DNA of 64,000 nucleotides from Felis catus (Eukaryota): contig NC_058368.1 of assembly GCF_018350175.1 (NCBI RefSeq), positions 212,352,001 to 212,416,000 on the forward strand, read 5' to 3'. A model generated the notes under the pieces. It searched no databases. It was given only the letters and a program-made list of their open reading frames with translations, and was not told the DNA's origin. Shown here one piece after another: positions 10,746 through 23,988 of this stretch. Position 1 is the first letter of the stretch. Each line of letters starts with the position of its first letter. A program made the position numbers and the translations under genes.

Positions 10746-13700
10746 GTCAGAGTGATGTTACCAAGATGGTGACATAGGTTGTTCTTGACTTTGCACCCCT
10801 CACAAGAACAACTAGCCACTGTTGAAGAACAAGACACCGCTAAGAGAATCCTAGAACATGAGAGTAAGGCTGAAGCACCTCCTGCACTACAGAGACCATG
10901 ACAGATTGTAGCAGATTGCATTAGGGAGTAAGAGAAATAGCTACATGTTGACTACATTGCTTCTCTTCTAGGCCAGCGCAGTACCATACAGAGTGGTCTC
11001 TGCTGAGCATCTTGTTCCTCCAGTGGGAAAAGAGAACCCAAAGGGGACAACCACTCCACCTGTCAGCATTGTGAGTTTCTTTATATGAGCCCCTACTCTG
11101 ATCTCTCACCATGGGGAGTGCATGGGAATCTTCAGGACTCAACCACTGGGAATCTGACTGTGATGGAGAGTGGGGGAGGTTATAACAACCAGCACATGAA
11201 TCTTAGCAGACCAAGTTCATCCCTGCAGTGCCCAAGTAGTAATCCCAAACTGTGGTTTTGTTCATCTGCAGAATCAAGTCAGGGGTGCTTCATGACCAAG
11301 GAAGTCAGCAGGGTTCAAATCTGCCTGATTCTGATCCTCAAGTGAGTTTTGCCTGCCCTAGAGCTTGGTTTGCCTGTGCCCAGGGAAGGAGCTGAATCAC
11401 AGCCCCAACTTCTGTGGAGTGTCTTCTGCCGTATCTGATCAGAAGGACTGGCAACAATTCCTGGAAGCAGTGTGGCTCATTGGCACTCCAGCTGACAGGT
11501 GGGCAGGCAGAGTTGGTCATCCCTAGAACAAAGCCACTATCAGGCATGTAGTGTTCTTGTACTATACATAGTCAGGGGGATTAATTCATAGCAAAGGCTC
11601 CAGCTACTAGCAACTGGAGAACCTGTTTTGAAAATTTGAGAGTAGCCTGGAGTAGCTCTTCCACCTCCCACCCAGGCAAAGTTGCTGACACATAGACCCA
11701 CCTGCTGTGACGAGAAACATCTTCTGGCCCCATCTCATTAGAAGGACTGTAGACAACTCCTGGAAGCTGTGTGGCCCAGCAACACTTGAGCCAAGAGGTG
11801 GTCAGACAAAGTCAGTAGTTTGCAGAACAAAGCCACTGGTCCTATTCAGTCAGGGAACTTGGTGTCTGGATCAGTTTGAGATAAGACAACTAAGGATTTT
11901 ACCAGCCGTAGAGCTGCTTCTCCCACTGTACCCAGGCAGGGAATCTAATTTGTAGCTCTACTCATCACTGAATGCAGCCTATCTATCTGACCAGGGAACC
12001 TAACCACAGCAGGAAAGCTGCAAAGCCTATTCAACAACCCTACATGCAGTGGCACTTGAATAGGCAGCATAGTCCATGGCTTTCCCATCTGTAGAGCAAA
12101 ACCAGTGGCCTCACTAGAGTAGGAAATTTAACTCACACTTTGGCTTGGTTCAGATTCGAAAACAACAAGCTATACAGGCTCTGGGTCCCATCCTGCAGCT
12201 CTCCCAGGGCAGGGAAGTTAATTCATGGCCCCATCCACTACTGAATATTGTAGCCAGTCTCTATCATCTGGTAATCCTGACAAGAGAATCTAGGCAAGTG
12301 TGGAACCCATCCTACAGCTGCACTTTGGTTGGGGTCCAAGCCAGCAGTTTTATTCAACTGTTCTCAGCCCATGGCGTATCCCTCGTCCCTATCCTCAGAG
12401 CTTGAACAGTTGTTTCACCCAAAAGTGGACCATAAAAGCAGGTTTCACCTATCTAAGTACATTAAAAATAAATATGACCAGAAACCCAAACTAAAGTGAT
12501 TGGTGAAGAACTGTCTCTGCCAAAGCAAACCAGTAACATCCGGTAGAGTCTGATTACTCAAATGTGCAGATGCCAATGGAAGGAACCAAGGATCATGAAA
12601 AGTCACGTATATATGACACACCAAAGAAATCTAGTAAAGCTGCAATAACTGTAAAGAAATGGAGATCTGTGAACTGTCAGACAAAGAATTCAGAATGAAC
12701 TTCTTAGGAAGTTTGGTGAACTACAAGTGGACAACAAAATTAGATTAGCAAAACAATGCATGAATGAAATGACAAGTTTGACAAGGAAATAGCAGCCATC
12801 AAAAACAAAAATGAAATCCTAGAGTTGAAAAATACAGTTACCCACCTGAAGAATTCAATAGAGAGTTTCAGAAGTGGACTTGACCATGCAGAAGAATGAG
12901 TGATTTGAAGGATAGGACATTGGAAAGTATCCAGAGGAGCAAAAATAAAAAAGAATGAGCAAGAGTGAAGAAAGCTGACAGCAATAAGACAATGAAAAAA
13001 TGATACTTGCATTATGGGAATTCCAGAAAGATAAGAGAAAGAGAATGTGACATAAAGTATATTTAAAGCAATAATGGCTGAAAACCTCCTGAACCTAGGG
13101 AGAGAAATAGATATCTAGATCCATGAGGCCCAAAGGACTCCAAATAGGTTGAACTTGAATAGGGCTACACCAAGACACATTATAATTAAATTGTCAAAAG
13201 TCAAAGACAAAGAATTTCAAGAGCAGTAAGAGAAAAGAGACATTACATACATGGAATCCTCTCATAAGACTATAGACAGATTTCTCAACAGAAACTTTTT
13301 AGGCCAGGAAAGAATGGGATGACATTTTCAAAATATTGAAAGAAAGAATAATTGTCAGCCAAGAATTCTATATTCAATGAAACTATTCTTCAGAAGTGAA
13401 CAAGGTACAAAGTCCTGAACAAACAAAAATTGAGGGAGTTCATTACTATCAGACCTGCCTTATAAGAAATGCTAAAGTGAGTTTTTTGGTGAAAATAAAA
13501 GAACACTAACATCATAAAAACAGAAGTACAGTGTAAATCTCATAGGTAATGGTAAATATATAGTCATAGTTAGAGACTGCAATATTGTAGTAGTAGTGAA
13601 TAATTCATTTAAAACTCTAGTTTAAAAATTAAAAAATGAATACAGTAAAAATAACCATAACTATAATAACCTGTTGTTAGACAATATAAAAATATGGATA

Positions 13701-16700
13701 TTGTAACATAATAACCTAAAATGTGAGAAGTAAAAGTATAAAGTTTATAAATTCTATTGACACTGTTATCAGTTTAAAATAAGGTGTTACAAGTTTAAGA
13801 TATTTTACATAAGCTTTATGGTTACCACAAAGGAAAATCCTGTAGTAATTACACAAAAGAACATGATAAAGAAGTCAAAGCATATTGATATCAAAAGACA
13901 TCAACACACCAAAAAAGATAGCAAGATAAACAAGGAATAGTGGATCTACAAAACAACTAGGAAACAACGTACAAAATGATAATAGGAAGTTCTTACCTAG
14001 CAATAATTTTTTAAACAAAAATGGGTAAAATTCTCCAGTTAAAATACATTGAATGGTGCAATGGATTAAAAAATAAAAACAAGATCCAGCAATATACTGC
14101 TTACTAGAGACTCACTTAAGCCTTAAAGACACACAGAGACTGAGTGAAGAGATAGAAAAAAACATTTCAAGCAAAAGGTAACCAAAAAAAAAAAAAAAAA
14201 GGAAGGGTAGTTATACTTCTATCAGACAAACCAGACTTTAAACTAAAATTGGTAAAAAGAGACAAAGAAGGTCATTATATAATGATAAAGGAGTCAGAAA
14301 TTAAGAAGATATAACAGTTGTAGATATTTATGCACCCAGCATTGGATCACATAAATATATAAAATAAAAACTAACAGAGATAAAAGGAGAAATAAATGGT
14401 AATATAATAATAGTTGGGGGCTTTAATACTCTATTGTCAACAACGGATAGATCATCCAGAGAGAGGATCAGTAAGGAAACAGTATTTGAACGACGGTGTA
14501 GACAAAATGGACCTAACAGACACAGAACATTCTATTCAACCACAGCAGGATACACATTATTCTCAACTGCACAGGGAACGTTTTCTAGGATGGACCATGT
14601 TTTAAGCTCAAAAAAGTCTTAACAAATTCAAGAAGATTGGAATCATACCAAGTATCTTTTCTGACTATAACAGCATGAAGCCAGGAAAAAATAAGAGGAA
14701 ACCTGGAAAATTCATGAACACATGGAAATTATATAAAACTTTTCTGAACAATCAGTGGATCAAAGAACAAATTAAAGGGGGAATACCAAAAGTTTTTTTG
14801 AGACAAATGAAAATAAAAACATAACATACCAGAACTTGTGGGATGCAGCAAAAGCAGGTCTAAGAGGGAAGATCATAGCAATAAATGCTTATGTTAAGAA
14901 GCAAGGAAGATCACACATAAACAATCTAACTCTACACCTAAAGGAACTAGAAAAAGAAGAACTGAGCCCAAAGTTAGAAGAAAGAAAATAATAAAGATTA
15001 GAGCAAATATAAATGAAACAGAGAACAGAAAAACATTAGAAAAGATTAACCAAACTACGAGTTGATTCTTTGAAAAGATTAAAAAAAAAAAAAAAAAAAA
15101 AACTGACAAAAGCTTGGCTAGACTAACCAAGGAAGAAAGAGAAAGGACTCAAATCTATAAAATTATAAATGAAAAAAGAGACATTACAACTGATATCACG
15201 CAAAAATTCAAAGGATCATAAGAGGCTACTATAAACAACTATATGCCAACAAACTGGAGAACCTAGAAGAAATGGAAAAATTCTAGAAACATACAACTCA
15301 CCAAAACTGAATCAAAAAGAAATAGAAAATCTGAAGAGACCAATTATTAGTAAGAAGATTGAGTCAATAATAAAAAATCTCTCAATGAAGAAAAGCTCAG
15401 GACCAGATGGCTTCACCGCTAAATTTCACCAAACATTTAAAGAACACTCCCAAACTCATTTTGTGAGGCCAGCATTATCCTGAAATGAAAACCAGAAAAG
15501 GACACTATTAGAAAAGAACACTATAGGCCAATATTGCTGATAAATATAGTTGCAAAAATTCTCAGTAAAATACTAGCAAACCAAATTTAGCAGCACATGA
15601 AAAGGATCGTGATCAAACACATTAAAAAGCATCATGATCAAGTGGGATTCATCCCTGGAATACAACGATGGTTCAACATATGGAAATTAATAGAATTTAT
15701 ATCACATTAATAGAATGAAAGAAAAGAAACATATGATCCTCTCAATAGATGCAGAAAAAGCATTTCACTATATTCAACATCCATTCATGATAAGAACTCT
15801 TAACAAATTACACATGAAAGGAACATATCTCAACATGATAAAAGGCCATATATGACGAACACAGCTAACGTTATAATCAGTGTTGAAAGGTTGAATGCTT
15901 TTCCTCTAAGATCAAGAAGAAGACAAAGGTACCCATTCTCCCTTCTCCTATTCAAGATAGTTAACTTGGAGATCCTAGCTAGAGCAATTAGGCAAGAAAG
16001 AGAAATAAAATATCAGAATTAGAAAGGAAGGGGTGCCTGGCTGGCTCATTTGGTAGAGCATGTGACTCTTGACCTTTGGGTTGTGAGTTCAAGCCCCACA
16101 TTGGGCATAGAGCTTACTAAAAACAAAACAAAAAAGATTTGGGAAGAAGTAAAATTGTCTCTATTTGCAGATGACATGATTTTATATACAGAAAATCCTA
16201 AAGACTCAACCAAAAACTGTTAGATCTAATCACTGAAGTCAGTAAAGTTGTGGGATACAGAATTAACATGTGAAAGTCAGTCATGTTTCTATACACTAAC
16301 AATGAATTTTATGAAAAAGAAATCAATCCCATTTATAGTAACATCAAAAACATAAAATACTTGGGAATAAATTTTGCAAAGGAGATGAAAAACTTTGCTT
16401 TGAAAGCTATAAGACATTGATGAAGGAAAAGAAAGAGGACAAAATAAATGGAAAACTATCACATATTCCATGGATTGGAAGAATTAATATTGTTAAAATG
16501 TGATTACTGCCAAAAGCCATCTGTGGATTTAATGCAATCCCTATCATGATTCTCATGGCATTTTTTTTACAGACATAGAAAAAACATTCCTAAAATTTAT
16601 ATGGAACTACAAAAGACTCCACATACCAAAAGAAATCTTGAGAAAGGAGAACAAAGCAGAAGGCATCACATTTCCTGATTTTGAGAAATACTATAAAGCT

Positions 16701-16740
16701 ATAGTCATTAAAAACAGTATGGTATTGGCATAAGAACAGT
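10746..16740 (+). mobile_element. Older decayed LINE-1 with 5'UTR, ORF1 relic (~12600-13480) and ORF2 relic (~13975-16740); 3' end missing
   Basis: ccaagatggtgac start; ORF1 relic (KEMEICELSDKEFR, ccaagacacattataattaaattg); EN and RT relics (gggggctttaatac, atagatgcagaaaaagcatt, tttgcagatgacatgat = FADDM); many stops and frameshifts; ends at gtatggtattggcataagaacag. Confidence 0.9.
16030..16135 (+). mobile_element. Short old CanSINE lacking the (CT)n tract, inserted in the L1 ORF2 relic
   Basis: ggggtgcctggctggctc...ggttgtgagttcaagccccac...agagcttactaaaaacaaaacaaaaaa. Confidence 0.85.
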
Positions 16741-17387
16741 CTATATGGACTCAGTATGGCTGGGAAATGTAGTTGGGTTAAATGAAATTTAGGATATTTT
16801 TGCTATTTATTTACAATCTAATTAGGAAAATAAAAGATATTCTGAGAAAACAGTGAGTAGTTATTAAGTTACATACTATGTCATACAATCACTGGTTGTG
16901 CAGGGTACAATCTGTGCAATCGAATCTGTATGAGTACAGAATCAATTAATATGAGCTGAAGTAGTACATCTGTGGTTCCTGAGATAAATAATAAATTACT
17001 ATTCCAGTATCTTCCCAGACTGGCTATTTTATTGAAGGTCATATTCCTCTTGTCACATATTGGAAATTCCATCTATAATTTTTATTTTAACTTTTTCCTC
17101 CCTTTTCCAATGACATAATCTTACCCTAACCACCCACCAAAGAAAACAACACAGGATTCTTTGTAGTGTGCTGATGGCATTTTGAAAACAAAAGGACATG
17201 GCACATACAACTAAGCTGAATATCTGGATATCTGCATGATGCTGTATCTGTGGTCCTTTGGACAAGAATTGCATGCCTCCATCTTGGGAATCAGTGTACC
17301 AGTCCTAGAGTGAAGGAGTCTTTGGACTTTGTAACTGGTCTCCTTGGCAGAATTTTGTTTTTGAATGGAAAAAAAAGAACCTGAGAA

Positions 17388-17390
<3 letters not shown>

Positions 17391-17438
<48 letters not shown>
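17391..17438. repeat. (TG)24 microsatellite
   Basis: Direct reading. Confidence 0.97.
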
Positions 17439-17442
<4 letters not shown>

Positions 17443-17624
17443 CAGTGGTGGTAATGGTGAATTTCACAGATGGGGAAGAATTCTGAAGAGCTCTTTCCTG
17501 GTAACATTGAGTAAGCAAGGAAATCTTTGTCTTTTAGCTTTTTGAATGATAATCAGAGATAGGCTGCTGGAACTACCATCTGGTACCTAGGTAGTCAGAT
17601 GCTATGTTGCAAAACTCTTTTATT

Positions 17625-17870
17625 CACCAGGCTGGACCAGATTGTAGTAACAAGCCACTCCAAAATCTGAATGGTTTAAATAACAAAGGAATATTTCTTT
17701 CTCCCACTGCGTGTCCACCATGGGTCACCAGAGGGCTTTGACAACATTGTTGTCCTCACTCTGGGACCTAGGTTGACAAAGTACCTATCATTTAGAATAC
17801 TGCTGGTCAAAATGGTAGTGGGGGAAAAACAACTCTGTAGGGTCTAGCATCTGTATCACTCTTTGGCTTA
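17625..17870 (-). mobile_element. MLT1-type LTR fragment
   Basis: gtagtaacaagccactccaaaatctgaatggtttaaataacaaagg..tatttct..., cactctgggacctaggttgac. Confidence 0.55.
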
Positions 17871-18014
17871 GAATAACTCAAATCAATCCTGACAGTTTAG
17901 GATTTAATGAAGTTTTATAAGGAAAAAAAAATCCATTAAGATAACTACAGGATTTTATATTTAGAACCTCAAATTTGCTTGCCTAGAATGAGGGTGTGTG
18001 CAAGAAGAACTGAA

Positions 18015-18720
18015 GGCTCAATATGAATGAGCCAGTAGTGTTATATGACAGCCAAAAAGCTACAGTGATTTCAGGTTAGAGTAATAACATCCATAGCAAA
18101 ATTGGTCCATAGTTGTTCCACTATACTTCCTGTTAAACCATTCCAGAGGTATCTGTTCAGATTTGGTACCATACTTGGAATGATACTCATAAAGAAAAAT
18201 GAGTTTAGGGGTGCCTGGGTGGCTCAGTCGGTTAAGCGTCCGACTGAGCTCAGCTCAGGTCACGATCTCGCGGTCTGTGAGTTCGAGCCCCGCGTCGGGC
18301 TCTGGGCTGATGGCTCAGAGCCTGGAGCCTGCTTCCTATTCTGTGTCTCCCTCTCTCTCTGCCCCTCCCCCAGTCATGCTGTCTCTCTGTCTCAAAAATA
18401 AATAAACGTTAAAAAAAAATTTAAAAAAAGAAAGAAAAATGAGTTTAGTTGAAAACAGGAGAGTCAAGGGTCATTAAGCGTCTGATATTATGCGGGATGA
18501 TTGAAGAAATTGAGGCTGTTTTACCTAAAGAGAAGATAGAGAAGTAACATGATAGCTGTCTCTAAGAATGTGGAGAAGGGATTCAGCTTATTTCCATGTA
18601 TGACAGAAGAGTCCAGTGGTATCTATGAATGGAAACTGAAGGGAGGGTTTCAACTCAATCTTGAGAATTTAGTAGGAATTTGAACTGTTCAACAATAGCA
18701 CAGACTGGAGGGTGCCGTTC
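18015..18720 (+). mobile_element. L3/CR1 LINE relic (interrupted by a SINE)
   Basis: gacagccaaaaagct, gtatctgttcagatttggtacc, ttgaagaaattgaggctgttttaccta..agaaga resemble CR1 3' coding relics. Confidence 0.5.
18208..18430 (+). mobile_element. CanSINE (young felid type)
   Basis: Complete element with CpGs retained; perfect TSD aaagaaaaatgagttta at 18191-18207 and 18431-18447. Confidence 0.97.
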
Positions 18721-18935
18721 CTTTCTTGGTGAGAGAGGCTAACTGAGCATGTTTTGTTACAGAATATGATCCCATGTTGTCTCTGATTGAATTTATTCTT
18801 GTATTGTTGTCCGTATTTGTTTCATGCAATTGGATGGCTATCTGAATCTTATTTGGAACTTTTTAGAATGAGAATTGATCTTTGAAAAAAGTTGGTAAAT
18901 GAAATAATGAATTTTTGAAACTCTCAGGGATCATT

Positions 18936-19159
18936 TTTTTAAAAAAAAATTTTTTTTAACGTTTATTTATTTTTGAGACAGAGAGAGACAGAGCATGACG
19001 GGGGAGGACCAGAGAGAGAGGGCGACACAGAATCTGAAACAGGCTCCAGGCTCTGAGCGGTCAGCACAGAGCCCGACGCGGGGCTCGAGCTCAGGGACTG
19101 CAAGATCATGACCTGAGCCGAAGTCGGCCGCTTAACTGACTGAGCCACCCAGGCGCCCC
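18936..19159 (-). mobile_element. CanSINE (felid type)
   Basis: Complete element; perfect TSD actctcagggatcatt at 18920-18935 and 19160-19175. Confidence 0.97.
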
Positions 19160-19184
19160 ACTCTCAGGGATCATTAAATGACAT

Positions 19185-19415
19185 ATGCTGGAGTCACACT
19201 GATCTATGTTCATATCCTAGCTCCTCCCTTACAAGCCTTGTGACCTTGGCAATTTAGTTCATCTCTCTGAGCCTAAATAGGTGCCTCTGTAAAATGGAAT
19301 TAATAACGTTGTGGATAGGATTAAGTTAAATAAGCTAAAAATGCCCAGAAAGAACTTCTCAATGCACTTGACACAGAGTATTCACCCAGAACATGGAGGC
19401 TACATTGTTATTAAT
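19185..19415 (+). mobile_element. MIR SINE
   Basis: ctggagtcacac, tgtgaccttggcaa, tctctctgagcct, ctctgtaaaatggaattaataa. Confidence 0.7.
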
Positions 19416-21049
19416 CCTTTCTTTGGCTTTTGTTTTACTAAGGCTAAGATGGTGCTTTTAGATTCTTAGTTCCAGCTTCTTTTCACTGTTTCTCTTGAGT
19501 TAGTTCAGGTTTCAGGGTCAAGTCAAGAATATCATTGATTTTAATAATCCTCCATTCATTTATTTTCCTCCCACTCAAAATGTTCTAGAGTAAGGTTTTT
19601 CAATGACCTCTGCAGCTGTCATTACTGGTAAAACCCATTAAATAGCATCTAACTGTCCAACTTGTCTGAACAACTGCACCTTTTGTTCCATGCACACTTC
19701 AGATCTGCGGGCCATAGACGTACTCATGTGTACGTGCCCCCTCTTAAGTTTCTCCTCACATTTGAAAACTGTTTAGTTTTTCTTTGACAGTTATCTAGAA
19801 TGAGTCTCAGATAATTCCACTAACTTGACCTTTCCATTAAGCTACAGAAAATTCAGAGAAAGCTCACCTAAACTTCTGAAGGAGACAAACTTGAGAAACA
19901 ATGATGTTTGCCAGCATTGAAATTTGTGCTTTTTATTGGCTCGTTTTACCCTTGGCGTTGATGAAAAGAATTGTTATAGTGTGGAGTCCATTGGAAGCAG
20001 TTAGCTTTATAAGTCCTGCATTAGGTAAAAATGTGAATAATCATACTGTATGCATGTTCTGTTTTGCAATGCTCTGCCACAAAAATGACTTCATACAGGC
20101 GTATTTCTGCACATAGATGGCAGGCTTGCATCCAACCTGTTCTGCTTTCTTACCTGTTCTCTTAGGTGCCAGCTTGTCTTTATTTCTTACTGGGTCCAAA
20201 CTGATGGCTTTATTGCTAAGGTTTGTAAGCAATTAATTCTCTATCTCTCTTCACAGGGACTAGTGAAGCCTAACTACATTGTGATATGGAGAAGCATGAG
20301 GCCTTTGGAATTTATGAATCATAGCAATCAAATCTGGAAATAGTCATGTAGCTCTTTGCCTGAAAACATATTGTTGAGAATTCAGTTTATGGTTATTGCT
20401 CTTCCCTGGTGCCAGTTTGATTGTAACTCAGTTAAAAAACTGCTCACACAGTCATTGTGTGAGGAGAGTTATGTTGGCAAACACTCTAGTGTTACAGACA
20501 TTTTATTACCAAACTGAGCAAACATTTCCATAAAGGTTCAGGTTTTTTCCCCTCTTTAGAACAGTCCTCAAAGGGCATTTTTGCACTTGGCCTCTCCACT
20601 CGTTGAGCAGCACCCCTTTAACTAACTGGTATGAAAGTGAGGACGAGGGCATGTTTCCAAGATTTTTTTTTTTTTAGGAGAGATTCACATTTTTTGCAGA
20701 TTGATTTCTTCAGGCTAATAATAATTTTCCTTAGAAAATGTGAGCTTACTGAACTAATTTTTGTAACAGGGTTACTGTAATTTTCTAGAATGGAGGAAAT
20801 TATTAAGATAATTAAATTCCTTACTTTGTATAGGCACTAATATACAAGAGTGAATTACTGGAGAAATAAATTCAGGTAGCTTAATACTAGTAACTTTCAC
20901 ATGCAAGTTCTTGAAAGCATTAGGCCTCTCTACTTCATTTATACAATGAGGCTGATAATATAGTTCTATGTCATAAAACTGTTGTGAAGTTTCAAGAAGA
21001 CTGTGCATTAAGCATTTAACCCATTGCCTGTGTCATTACATGTGAGTAT

Positions 21050-21225
21050 TTAATCACCCCAAGCTTGTGAGATTGGAGGTGTGTTGGTTCCTACACTTTA
21101 CTGTGAGGAAACTAAAGTTCCCAGAAGATTAACAGGGACTTGTTCAAGGTCATATGGCTCATTTGTGGTCCAGGGTGGGATTCCAATCTGATATTCTTAA
21201 CTCCTAGTCCAGTGTTCTTTCACTA
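21050..21225 (-). mobile_element. MIR SINE fragment
   Basis: tgaggaaactaaag..cccagaag...gacttgttcaaggtcatatggct...gggattccaatc. Confidence 0.7.
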
Positions 21226-21419
21226 ATTAAGGTCCAGGGGGAATTAATTAGGTGGATTGTTCAACATGATTTCAAGCAGTATTTCTTAATCTTTATTGCT
21301 CACTAGAATTATCTGTAAAACTGTAGAATGATATAGATGCTTTGGTTCCAACAATGGATTTTCTGATACAGTAGATCTGCAGTTTGTCGTTATAAACTCT
21401 CTTGGTGCTGTTGATGTGC

Positions 21420-23120
21420 TGCTTCTCTTCCATTCTCTATTTTTTATATTTCTGGAACTCCTTTTGGATGTGTGTTGGAACTTTTCCTTCTACCCTTCAT
21501 ATATATTCACTTTCACCTTTTTCCTTCTTCAAATCTCGGTGCTGCATCCTGGGAAATTTCTTTATTTTATTTTTCAATACCCTAAATCTCTTTGCAGTTA
21601 TACTTAGTCTACTAATTCACCCATATATTGACTTTTTATTTCATGATTACATTTTGTATAATCTATTTGTGCCTAATTCTCTGTCCTGTTTCATGAATGC
21701 TAATCTTGCCTTTGTTTTTATATTTTAAATTAATTTTTATCAAACACATATGAAATAATGGATCAAATGAATAATTTTAAAAGTGAAATAATTCTATGAG
21801 GCTTATAAAGATCAGTAGCCATCTATTACACCCCTCTCCACTTCTGGTTCCTTTTTCCTAGTGGCAACTATTTTCCAATATTCTAGATGTTTCTATTATT
21901 TACTTCTGTGTTTCTAAATAACATGTTTATATTGCTCTCTCTTAATTTTACATATTCTTTGTAGTCTCTCTTCTATGGAACATGAAAAAGGTGAGGGTTC
22001 CGCTTTCCTATTCCTTTCAATAACACAAAATTTAATGTTTACTAAGAGTATATAAAGATTATTCATTCCTGAATCATGTAGTGTGTATGTTTCCTTCATT
22101 TAAAATTTTTTTGTTTTCTCCATACATGCTTTTTTTGGGGGGGGGGGAGGGGAGTGTTATTTTTTTACCTTCTTGTCTTGAATTCCTCACTGAATTCATC
22201 ATTATCCAAGTTTATTCCTGAACTCTTAGTAATTCAGATACTTAGTAACAGATCAAGAATCTGTATTTCTTGGAGATATTCCTCCTAGATCCACCTGTTC
22301 CAATCTGGATTTAATTACCCTCTAGCATTGTTACACAAACTGTCTTCCCAGGACTTCTGTGTTGATTTTCTTACTTCCTGGATCCCATGTATTCCTTTTT
22401 TGTTTGTTTGTTTCGTTTTTTGTTTTGCTGAATTACATAACCCAGTAGCCTCAGAGGGCAGGTGCAAAGTAAAATTTTTGAAAAAAATATATGTCTGGAA
22501 ATAAATTCTAGGCTTACATTCAGATGTAGAATTCTAGATTTGAAATAATTTCCCTCTTAGTTTGGAGTACTAACTTAAGTTTTTCAAGTTTTTAGTCTTG
22601 AAGTAGGAAGTTGGAAACCATTATTATTTCTGATTTTTTAAATATGATATCTGTTTTTCTCTTCCCAAGCTTTTAGTACTTTTCTTAATCCATAGTACTC
22701 AGAGACCAAGTTTGATATATTTTCTATGAACCTATTTTTAGTCATTGTGTTGTATACAAAGTGGGTTCATTCCATGTGAAAACTAATGTCCTTTTGAGAA
22801 AGTTTCTTATATTATTTCTTTGACAACCACCTTATCTCCACTCTCTCTGTTCTCTTTTTTTCTGGACCATCTGGTCTGATCCCTTAGATAAAATTTGTAT
22901 TTTTCTTCTTTTTGGGGGGAGAGTTCCTAACTTTATCTTCTAACCCTTCTAAAATCCTGTTTCTATGATGTTTGAAAGAGGCCTTTTAAAAAATTCTCTG
23001 AAAGTTTCTTGTTACAACATTTTATTCTTATTTCATATATGCAATATTTTTTCTTATATATCTGAGGAAGTTAACCATAGAATATGTTTTTAAGTCTCCT
23101 GCCCTCTATATTGTCTGTTT
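21420..23120 (-). mobile_element. Ancient L1/HAL1-like relics (fragmented)
   Basis: T-rich degenerate sequence with motifs such as tagaattctagatttgaaataatttccct and gggaaatttctt typical of reverse-strand old ORF1 relics. Confidence 0.4.
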
Positions 23121-23128
23121 TTTATATA

Positions 23129-23988
23129 CAGTAAAACCTTTGATTGTGAGTAACTTGTTCTGAGAGTGTTCTGCAAGACGAGCGAACATTTCTAATAAAT
23201 TTTACCTTGATAAATGAGTGATGTCTTGAAATATGAGTAGTGCTTGATGCTGAACATCACATGATCACAACTGAGCCAATGGTTCTTCTCTCTCTCTCTC
23301 TTCTGCAAGATTGGGCGTGATTGTTTCCCATGCTTGGATGCTGAGTCTCAGACTGTGGTGTTTGGCAGAAATCAGTGATTTTTCAGACTGTTGGAAGGTG
23401 TCCACAACTGGCACTAGTGTATTTTTTGTCACTTCAAAGCACCTATGAACAGTCCTTTGCTTTTCCATATAAGAGTGAACTTAGGAATGCTTTGCTTCAT
23501 TCTAGGTCAGGCTGCCTGTAGATATAAACCCTTTCCTTTGCTGCCTTATTGTCAGTTACATTAAATACAGTATATGACAAGAGTTTATTAATACTGTAAG
23601 GTAGTCAGCATCCCTGTGAACATATACAGTGGCCCCCATGCAGAAAAAGATTCCATTGAGCCAATACATAGCAGTGATCCTGTTAGTGATAGTGAAAGTC
23701 ATCCTACATAAAAACCCTCCTCTCTTGTCTTCCTCACTCCAGCCACAAAGGTTTTCAAAGGTAAGTGCAGGTTCATTTGTTTAGTTTTCTTTATATTATG
23801 TATTTTCTTTATTATTTTGTATTATATTACACTATTATAATCATTTTTATATGAATATTTCTGGGTTGTGCAATGAATCATCTCAGTTTCCATTATTTCT
23901 TATGGGGAAATTCGCTTTGATATACAAGTGCTTTGGAATACAAGCATGTTTCTGGAATGAATTATGCATGCAAACTAAGGTTTTACTG
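23129..23988. mobile_element. Non-autonomous Tigger-type (Tc1/mariner superfamily) DNA transposon
   Basis: Terminal inverted repeats cagtaaaacctt ... aaggttttactg flanked by TA duplications at 23127-23128 and 23989-23990; no transposase ORF. Confidence 0.85.

Noticed and set aside
16030..16135. tRNA gene
   Set aside because: The A/B boxes belong to a tRNA-derived CanSINE head with an A tail; no complete cloverleaf.
18102..18405. Recurring peptides such as SVSSSPASGSGLMAQSLEP (also at 18963, 48768, 50963, 54613) suggesting a gene family
   Set aside because: They are translations of CanSINE copies.
23751..23766. ttttcaaag|GTAAGT as a recursive splice site
   Set aside because: Strong donor, but it lies inside the Tigger-type transposon and has AAG with a poor pyrimidine tract.
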